This document shows, one piece after another, positions 1 to 7,516 of a stretch of DNA of 14,119 nucleotides. This stretch comes from Candidatus Latescibacterota bacterium (GTDB lineage: Bacteria; Latescibacterota; UBA2968), in the NCBI GenBank assembly GCA_038279365.1, contig JAYODI010000010.1, positions 105,966-120,084 of the forward strand, written 5' to 3'. Position numbers and translations under genes: made by a program. The first letter of the stretch is position 1. Every line of letters starts with the position of its first letter. A model generated the notes under the pieces. It saw only the letters and a program-made list of their open reading frames with translations, did no database searches and was not told the origin of the DNA.

Positions 1-1
1 T

Positions 2-3000
2 CAAATTTCGTAATTGAATGACTGTCACATTATCAAATTGACGCATTGCAGTTTCACGAGCTTTTCTAATGCGACTTATCAACCAAAAAAGCACAAACCA
101 AAAACAACAGATGGGCAAAACAGATACGGTTGTCCAAAATAAGCTTTGGTAATAACCATCAATGCCATAAACACATCCCACCGTTAACAAACCACTGATA
201 ACAATGCCAACCCTGCCAATTTCACGCATCCAATCTTTTACCTGATCCAAACCCATATAAACAACAGGAATAAAGATGAGGGTTGACAACATGGACATTG
301 ACAACCCTCCCAAAACAGTAATTGCAAAAGGCGGCCAAATTTCATAATCTCCGCCAAATTTTAGAGCCAAAGGCATAACCCCCAATAAGGTCGTGGCCGA
401 TGTCATTAAAATTGGCCGCACCCGCGACCGCCCCGCAAAAAGCACAGCGCGTTCTCGCCGAAATCCGTGATCTGTTCGCATTGTATTAATGGCATCAATC
501 AACATGATGCCATTGTTTACGGCAATGCCCAACAAAACAATAAAACCCAACAATGCCATTGGGCCTTCTTGTTGTGTTAGCCCAGTGCCAGAAAGAATTA
601 AAGCCCAACAAGAACCGATAATGGCTGTGGGTAAGGTGCATAAAATAATTATAGGTGCTGAAAATGATTCAAAAAGAGATGCCAAAATCATATAAATCAA
701 AAGCGCTGCAATACCCATCATCCAATAATAAATATTTTCTTCTTTTGCTTCTACGATCTCTATGCTGTATTCATCGGGTAAAATCATTTCGTGTATCACA
801 TTGCGAACCAATTGTCTGGCTTCTTCAATTGCAGGTTGAGAATTTAAGACTTCAGTTGTGAATTGATAACCAACCATCGCACGACGCGATTGGTCTGTTC
901 GCAGAATCATACTTCTCCCCTGATCCGTTCTCACATGTGCAATTTCGTCTAAAGGAACGGTGTGGCCATTAGGAGCAAGAATAGGCATCACCTTAAATTC
1001 TTGTAAATTGGGGCTCTCAGTTTTTGGATCGTCAAGTGTTCGCACATCTATAGACACTTCTAAACCAGATGAGGTTAAAAAGGGCACTGATGTTTGGAAT
1101 CCATCAGGACGCGCATCGCCAATACTTGCCAATACAGTTTGGATATTCAGTTGGCGATCAAACATCATCCATTCATTGGGAATCACCTGCACTTCAGGGG
1201 CACTGCGTTCAACATCTGGCCGAATAGACCCAGGATCAACAATCCCATCCAATTCTTCAAGCCGAAACGCCAAATCGTCGGCCAACATCTGCAAAGTTGA
1301 AAAATCATATCCTCGAATGACGGCCTGTTCTGTTTGGGAAACACCCGTCAAATTAAACCCACCCAAGGACGATCTACCCGTTCCGCCACCCGCACGTCCC
1401 CCCCCTCGCCCAGCTCTTACTGGAGCATCATAACCGATAACGCCCTCACTGATTTCGTTTAATTTTTCACTGAGTGTTTCTTTGATCTGCTCTACAGAAA
1501 TCTCATTAGGTCGTTCTTTTAAGTTGTGCAGAAGCACTGTTATGCTGGCCTGATTTTCTTGAATACTGGTTAAAAAACGGTCGAGCCCAGACACATCCCG
1601 CACGGCACTCTCAACTTCAGAAACCACCTCTTCCGTGGCTTCCAATGTGGCCCCTTCGGGCAAACTGACATAAATTGCAAACTGAGATTCTTCTTGTCTA
1701 ACATCTTGCTGTAACATAAAGAAAAACGAGGCAATAAGCGTTATAACAAATCCCAAAACGATACTTATGGTAACCAATGCCCGATGCCTTAAACCTGACT
1801 TAAGAAAAACAGTGTACATTTGCAATAAAATGCCACGATGAGAAGGTAAACGCGAAGCAGCCGAAAGGGTATATGCAGATAAAGCAGGAACCAATGTGAG
1901 GGCAACCAACAAGGAGGCCATCAATGGAAAGGTCATTGCAAGTGCCAATTCTCGCAAAATATCCTGAGCATCACTTTGAATAAATACAACTGGTAAAAAA
2001 ACGGTTACCGTTGTTGCTGTTGCTGCAACCACAGCACGAGCAACCTCTTCCGTACCTTGGCGCGCGGCTTCAATGGGAGACTTTCCAAGCTCAAAATGCT
2101 TAAAAATATTTTCCATAACCACGATCCCATTGTCTGTCAACATGCCAACAGCCAAAGCCAAACCGCACAAAGACAATACATTTAAACTCAGATCCCAAGC
2201 ATACATTAAGTTGAATGTCACAAGCAAAGAAACAGGTATGGCCAACAACAACACCAACACAAACCGAAAATTTCTCAAAAACAAAAACAGAACAAAAAGC
2301 CCCAAGAGGCCCCCAATGATGGCGGCTTGTTGAAGCGTATTGAGTGCCCCTTCCATCATTTCGGCTTGGTTATTGGTAATGATAACTTCAATTTCTTCAG
2401 AGGCAACATCTTGATTGATATTGGCAATGGCCTTTTCAACTTTACGTGAGACATCAATCAAGTTGGCTTCGTCATCTTTTTGAATGCGTATTCCTACAGA
2501 AGGTTTTCCGTTTACCCGTTGCACATCCGTTTGGGTTTGAGCACCATATCGAATATTTGCAATATCACCCAAGTGAAGGGAGATTTCGGGTTTCACAACC
2601 ACATCTTCTATTTGTTTGATATCTTGAAATTGCTCATGCATGCTTACCGACAATGCTTGATTGCCATCATATACATGCCCCAAATATTGACGCCTTTGAT
2701 TTGCGGCATTGATCCGACTTCTGACCTGAGACAATGACAATTGGTGCGCCCGAATCATCACTGGGTCTACAATAATTTCAATGGCTTCTCTGCGCCCTCC
2801 CAATACTTGTGCGGCCACAACACCATCCACAGCTTCCAATTCTGGCCGTATTTTTTGTTCTGTAAACTCTCTCAGCCAATTTAGATCACCATCGCCCAAA
2901 ACATTAAGTTGCATGATACTTGCGCTTAAATCTGAAGAATCGAATCGCTGCACATTTACCCGACTTCTTTCTGGAAATAAGGCTTGCAAACGGTTCATTC

Positions 3001-3331
3001 GATTTTGCAATTGTAAAAGAGCAAACTTCATATCGGTATCGGGTGCATAAGAAATGCGTATACCCCCAGAATTTGCCCGACAAAAAGACTCCATTACTTG
3101 AACACCATCTAATTTCCCAATCTCTCCTTCGGCTAAGACCACCATCTCTCGTTCAATTTGTTCGGCAGAAGCCCCATTGAGATTAAACGTGATAAATATT
3201 TCAGGAAAAACGAGTTCGGGAAATAATTGCAAGGGCAACCGCGTCCAGGAAATCACACCCAAAATAGCAAGGGCAAGAAAAAACATGGTTGTTGTAACCG
3301 GTCGACGCACAGCAAAGCCAGTAAGTGTCAT
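2..3331 (-). CDS. RND (AcrB/AcrD/AcrF family) permease, second paralog, 3'-truncated by the window edge (>1110 aa), with a C-terminal extension that is a probable fused ABC ATPase domain
   Basis: Not in the ORF track (no in-frame stop in the window); translated by hand. ATG at 3331 overlaps the upstream TGA (ATGA). Begins MTLTGFAVRRPVTTTMFFLALAILGVISWTRLPLQLFPELVFP; TM4 GLALAVGMLTDNGIVVMENIF; TM10 LLGIAVNNGIMLID; TM11 RSRVRPILMTSATT; TM12 VLGGLSMSMLSTLIFIPVVY; then ~80 further residues ending ...NVTVIQLRNL at the edge. Confidence 0.93.
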   Translation of the reverse strand, partial: MTLTGFAVRRPVTTTMFFLALAILGVISWTRLPLQLFPELVFPEIFITFNLNGASAEQIEREMVVLAEGEIGKLDGVQVMESFCRANSGGIRISYAPDTDMKFALLQLQNRMNRLQALFPERSRVNVQRFDSSDLSASIMQLNVLGDGDLNWLREFTEQKIRPELEAVDGVVAAQVLGGRREAIEIIVDPVMIRAHQLSLSQVRSRINAANQRRQYLGHVYDGNQALSVSMHEQFQDIKQIEDVVVKPEISLHLGDIANIRYGAQTQTDVQRVNGKPSVGIRIQKDDEANLIDVSRKVEKAIANINQDVASEEIEVIITNNQAEMMEGALNTLQQAAIIGGLLGLFVLFLFLRNFRFVLVLLLAIPVSLLVTFNLMYAWDLSLNVLSLCGLALAVGMLTDNGIVVMENIFKHFELGKSPIEAARQGTEEVARAVVAATATTVTVFLPVVFIQSDAQDILRELALAMTFPLMASLLVALTLVPALSAYTLSAASRLPSHRGILLQMYTVFLKSGLRHRALVTISIVLGFVITLIASFFFMLQQDVRQEESQFAIYVSLPEGATLEATEEVVSEVESAVRDVSGLDRFLTSIQENQASITVLLHNLKERPNEISVEQIKETLSEKLNEISEGVIGYDAPVRAGRGGGRAGGGTGRSSLGGFNLTGVSQTEQAVIRGYDFSTLQMLADDLAFRLEELDGIVDPGSIRPDVERSAPEVQVIPNEWMMFDRQLNIQTVLASIGDARPDGFQTSVPFLTSSGLEVSIDVRTLDDPKTESPNLQEFKVMPILAPNGHTVPLDEIAHVRTDQGRSMILRTDQSRRAMVGYQFTTEVLNSQPAIEEARQLVRNVIHEMILPDEYSIEIVEAKEENIYYWMMGIAALLIYMILASLFESFSAPIIILCTLPTAIIGSCWALILSGTGLTQQEGPMALLGFIVLLGIAVNNGIMLIDAINTMRTDHGFRRERAVLFAGRSRVRPILMTSATTLLGVMPLALKFGGDYEIWPPFAITVLGGLSMSMLSTLIFIPVVYMGLDQVKDWMREIGRVGIVISGLLTVGCVYGIDGYYQSLFWTTVSVLPICCFWFVLFWLISRIRKARETAMRQFDNVTVIQLRNL

Positions 3332-6300
3332 ACGTGCGCCTTTCCCCGCAATCGATCTACCATCTCATACATGACGGGAATAACCAACAAAGTCATTAAG
3401 GTTGATGTGATAAGCCCCCCAATCACCGCGATGGCCATTGGCGCACGCAAATTTGCCCCATCACCAAATCCAACCACCATTGGAAAAAGTGCCAAAATGG
3501 TTGTGGCGCTGGTCATCATAATTGGGCGCAAACGGTCTTGAGCACCTTGTAACACGGCTTCACGAAGGGGGTGTTGTGTGCGCAATTGATTGATCCTGTC
3601 AACCAGCACAATGGCATCATTAACAGCTATGCCACCTAGCATAATGATGCCAATATATGCCATTACACTCAAAGGTTCTTGCAACATCCAAAATGCAAAG
3701 ACCACACCAACCCCAGCAAGCGGAACAGATAACATCACAGTAAATGGATGGAGCAAAGACTCAAACAATGAAGCCATTACCATATAAACCAAAACAATGG
3801 ACAGGATGAGTGCAAATTTTAAGCTGTCAAAAGACTCTGTGCGTTGCCGTTCTTCTCCACCAATGGTGATGCGATACCCACTGGGAACAACCATTTGTGC
3901 GATCACCAAGTTAAGTTGTTCTATGGCATTGCTCAACGACATGCCATCTGTCACATATGCCGAAATGCGACCAACTCGTTTCTGGCTTTCTCTCAAAATC
4001 TCTCGCGGTCCTTCAATAATCTGCATATCCACAACATCACCCAAAGTCAAAACTGCACCACCACTTGCTTCTATACGAAGGGTTCCCAATTGATTAATAT
4101 CTAAATCTTCGTATTTTACTCGAATATTTCTTGTGCGCTGATCTTTGGAAAGTTCCCCTGCAATTTCCCCTGACAACTGTCTTTCGAGTGTTCGAATAAT
4201 GGTTTGTGTATTCAATCCAAAGGCTGATGCAACCTCTTCTCTCACACTCAAATCCACTTCAGGTTGCCCACCTTGAAAACTGGTTTGTACATTGTATACA
4301 GCAGGTAACGCTGCCATCCTCTGACTGATATCTTTGGTTAATCGTGTTAAAATGTCGAGATTGTCTCCGCTTACCTCAACTTGGATCGGTGCATCTTGCC
4401 CCCCCATGACTCCTTCAAGTGCAGTTTCATGCATATGATATTCAATTTCCACATCTGGCAATTCCCGCAAATGAGGGTCTATGATATCAACTATTTGACT
4501 GACACGTAACAAACGCTCTTTTTTAAGGGCAACAATAACGCTCGAACGATTAGGCCCGGTGGGGTTACCTGCCCCAGAAATTTTGGAAGGGTCAACACCT
4601 GAGCGTATATAAACATGGTCAATGTTGTTCTGGCCTACTTCTGCAACAATTTGTGCTATTCGATTGGCCACACGATCCGTCAATTCCAACCGGGTTCCTT
4701 CTGGCATAGTCAAATCAACCTGAAACAATCCCTGATCTTCACGTGGAATAAACTCTGTTTGCAATCCCTTAAACAGGTATGCAGTTGCTGCGAGCATAAT
4801 TATTGTTGTCATCACAATAAACAACTTGTGGTTTAATGCATTTAATAGAACGACACGATAACGTTTTGCACGTACAATATTTGATTTTTCTGGTTTCATT
4901 TTTTTTAAGAAACGCGCCGTCAACATGGGGACGGTTGTCATGGCAACGACCAAAGAGCAAACCAACGAATAAACAACCGTCCAAGCTTGGTCTTGGAAGA
5001 GTTCGCCAGCCAAACCTTGCACATAAACAATGGGTAAAAAAACAGATACTGTTGTAAGTGTTGAGGCCAATATGGCTACACCCACCTCACTTGCCCCTTG
5101 TGCCGATGCCGTTTGGGCATCTTCACCCATTTCTAAATGTCTGTATATGTTTTCGATTACCACAATGGCATTGTCGACCAACATGCCCGCCCCCAATGCC
5201 AACCCTCCCAAAGTCATGATGTTTAGAGTTAATGATTGGAAGTACATCAATGTAAAAGTAGCCAGTATAGAAATGGGAATGGCCACACCAATAACCAGTG
5301 TGGCCGTCCAATTACGCAAAGCAAGCAACAAAACACCAATGGCCAAAATGGCTCCATAAAGAGCCGATTCTTCTACTTCATCGATGGCATTTTCTATAAA
5401 CCTGGCCTGGTTTTCAACCACAACAAATTGAAGCTCAGGCAAATCGATCATTAAAGCATCTAAAACATCTGTAACCGTGCGAACAACATGAACCGTGTTG
5501 CTTCCCGCCTCTTTGTAAATGGCCAACCCCAAACACACTTTCCCATTGAGGCGAACAATAGTTTCTTGTTCTTGATATACCAAACCTACTTGCCCGACAT
5601 CCTTTACCCGCACAGGCACCCTTACAACACTTGCATCAGCACCACTTTCTCTTCGTTCACCAACAATCAGTTCTCTGACATCGTTTTCATCATTTAGGCG
5701 TCCCAACGCTTTTACCAAAAACGATTGTTGGCCCTCTTTGAGCGTTCCACCCGATATATCTGAATTGGCAGCTTGAATTCTTTCAATGACTGCTGTAGAT
5801 GTCAACCCAAAGGCTTCTAATAAATAAGGATCCAAGATAACTTGAACCTCTTTTTCAACACCCCCTTCTCGCTCTGCAGATGCAATGCCTTCTAATGACT
5901 CCAATTTGGGTTTAATAAGGGTTTCGACCTTACCTACCAAAGCATCCAAATCGTCATCTCCCACAATGGCCAATCGCATCACCGAAGAAGCCTGTGGGTC
6001 TTCCCGGGTCACATCCAATAGGGTAACTTCTTCATCTGAAGCATACACTGCAATTTTTTTTTGCACATCCAACAGTGCAAAATCAATATCAGCATCCCAA
6101 GAAAATTCTGCAATTACCACCACTTGCCCAGAGCGCGTAACAGAATAGACACGCTTGACCTGCCTGACGGTACTGATGTCTCGCTCAATACGCCGTGTAA
6201 AACGTTCTTCCATTTCTTGGGGTGCTTTTCCGGGCGCACGCAGGTCTATGGTAACCACTGGCGTTTGTAAGTCTGGGAGCAAATCGGTGCCCAACCGATC

Positions 6301-6387
6301 AAATGAAATCCAGCCCAAAAGAACCACTGCCAAAGTGGCCATGGCAATGGTTACCGGATAACGGGTTGCAAAATGAGAGAGTGTCAT
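3328..6387 (-). CDS. RND (AcrB/AcrD/AcrF family) efflux permease, 1019 aa
   Basis: Typical RND length and motifs: N-terminal FATRYPVT, TM4 GLALGAGMLVDNAIVVIENI, STLTTVSVFLP, YMVMASLFES, TM10 GIAVNDAIVLVD, RLRPIMMTS, AIAVIGGLITSTLMTLLVIPVMY. Confidence 0.96.
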   Translation of the reverse strand: MTLSHFATRYPVTIAMATLAVVLLGWISFDRLGTDLLPDLQTPVVTIDLRAPGKAPQEMEERFTRRIERDISTVRQVKRVYSVTRSGQVVVIAEFSWDADIDFALLDVQKKIAVYASDEEVTLLDVTREDPQASSVMRLAIVGDDDLDALVGKVETLIKPKLESLEGIASAEREGGVEKEVQVILDPYLLEAFGLTSTAVIERIQAANSDISGGTLKEGQQSFLVKALGRLNDENDVRELIVGERRESGADASVVRVPVRVKDVGQVGLVYQEQETIVRLNGKVCLGLAIYKEAGSNTVHVVRTVTDVLDALMIDLPELQFVVVENQARFIENAIDEVEESALYGAILAIGVLLLALRNWTATLVIGVAIPISILATFTLMYFQSLTLNIMTLGGLALGAGMLVDNAIVVIENIYRHLEMGEDAQTASAQGASEVGVAILASTLTTVSVFLPIVYVQGLAGELFQDQAWTVVYSLVCSLVVAMTTVPMLTARFLKKMKPEKSNIVRAKRYRVVLLNALNHKLFIVMTTIIMLAATAYLFKGLQTEFIPREDQGLFQVDLTMPEGTRLELTDRVANRIAQIVAEVGQNNIDHVYIRSGVDPSKISGAGNPTGPNRSSVIVALKKERLLRVSQIVDIIDPHLRELPDVEIEYHMHETALEGVMGGQDAPIQVEVSGDNLDILTRLTKDISQRMAALPAVYNVQTSFQGGQPEVDLSVREEVASAFGLNTQTIIRTLERQLSGEIAGELSKDQRTRNIRVKYEDLDINQLGTLRIEASGGAVLTLGDVVDMQIIEGPREILRESQKRVGRISAYVTDGMSLSNAIEQLNLVIAQMVVPSGYRITIGGEERQRTESFDSLKFALILSIVLVYMVMASLFESLLHPFTVMLSVPLAGVGVVFAFWMLQEPLSVMAYIGIIMLGGIAVNDAIVLVDRINQLRTQHPLREAVLQGAQDRLRPIMMTSATTILALFPMVVGFGDGANLRAPMAIAVIGGLITSTLMTLLVIPVMYEMVDRLRGKAHV

Positions 6388-6390
6388 ACT

Positions 6391-7449
6391 TCAATTCCCC
6401 TGCCCAGTAACCCGCACTCGGGTGCGTGGACTTAGGGTTTCATAATTGCTTGTTATAATTTGATCACCAACATCCAAACCCGATATGATTTCAACTTGCT
6501 CTCGATCTTCCAACCCCGTTTCAACTTCACGTTGCTGGGCTCTTCCTTCTTCTTCAACAAAAACGACTTTTTGTCCTCGACGACGCTGAACCATTTTTCG
6601 AGCAATCAACACCACATCTTCATGTAATTCAGTAATAATATCTGCCTGAACAAACATCCCTGGCCTAAGGAATAATTGATCGTTTTCAACTGTGCCTACA
6701 GCTCGAAAGGTTCGGGTTGCAGCATCCAACACTGGATTGATCGCAGATATTTCTCCCTCAAAATATTGATCGACAAATGCATAATTTCGAACCCGCAATT
6801 TTTGTCCTATGTTTACTTTGCTGATCTGTGCATTTGGAATTTGTAAATCAATTTTAACCTTAGAAAAGTCAACAATTTTGGCAATCAAAGTATTTTGATT
6901 GATGAGTGTGCCCTGTGTAATGTCTGAAACTTCTGAAAGCACACCACCAATGGGCGCGCGTAATGTTGTTTTGTCAATTTGAATCTCAGCATCTTCATAA
7001 CTTGACTTGGCATCCTGCCAAACCTTTCTGGCATTTTCTACTTCTTTTTCAGTCGTAAGACCTCTTTGAAACAAAACTTCTTGCTCGGCAAGAGTCTTTC
7101 GGGCTGTATCCATTGCCAACTTTTTAGATGAACTGCGTACCCCCACCATCCACTCTTGGTTTTTAAGGCGTGCAATAACTTGCCCTTTGGACACGGCGGT
7201 TCCTTCCGAAACCAGGCGACCATCTGCTTCCTCAAAAAAAAGATCTCCTCGGATTTCGGTGACAATTTGTGCTTCTCTTATGGGGCGCAATGTACCTGTC
7301 GCTGTTACAATCGCTTCAATATTGCCAGAGGTAACAGGCTTAACCGTAACGGGAACTGTCAAATCAACAGTTCTTTGTTCTGTTTGTCTGTTACATCCAC
7401 AAAATAACAAAGCGATAACAAAGCACGTACCCAATCCCCATCGCACCAT
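6391..7449 (-). CDS. RND periplasmic adaptor / membrane fusion protein, probable lipoprotein, 352 aa
   Basis: Signal-like N-terminus ending in a lipobox-like LLFCGC; lipoyl half-motifs (EGTAVSKGQVIARL, LRAPIGGV) flanking an alpha-helical hairpin; LRPGMFV; C-terminal VETG...VEIISGLDVGDQII. GGAGG ribosome-binding site at 7456-7460. Stop codon lies 3 nt before the RND start. Confidence 0.95.
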   Translation of the reverse strand: MVRWGLGTCFVIALLFCGCNRQTEQRTVDLTVPVTVKPVTSGNIEAIVTATGTLRPIREAQIVTEIRGDLFFEEADGRLVSEGTAVSKGQVIARLKNQEWMVGVRSSSKKLAMDTARKTLAEQEVLFQRGLTTEKEVENARKVWQDAKSSYEDAEIQIDKTTLRAPIGGVLSEVSDITQGTLINQNTLIAKIVDFSKVKIDLQIPNAQISKVNIGQKLRVRNYAFVDQYFEGEISAINPVLDAATRTFRAVGTVENDQLFLRPGMFVQADIITELHEDVVLIARKMVQRRRGQKVVFVEEEGRAQQREVETGLEDREQVEIISGLDVGDQIITSNYETLSPRTRVRVTGQGN

Positions 7450-7516
7450 GAAAAACCTCCCAAGTAAATTCTCAAAATTAGTATTCTATAAACATCAAAC
7501 CATCTTTCAATAGATA

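Noticed and set aside
1-3. TCA at positions 1-3 (TGA on the minus strand) as the stop of RND2
   Set aside because: Out of frame: the last complete in-frame codon is TTG at 4-2, so the gene continues beyond the window.
1398-1405. G8 homopolymer in RND2 (and A9 in fdhD at 13538-13546) as phase-variation or frameshift sites
   Set aside because: Both genes are intact in frame, and the tracts are short and explained by Gly or Lys codons. Read-level length variation would be needed to support this.
960-1433. 157-aa plus-strand ORF with a Pro-rich tail (PVPPPARPPPRP)
   Set aside because: Antisense shadow of RND2; the prolines mirror the Gly codons of the RGG loop.
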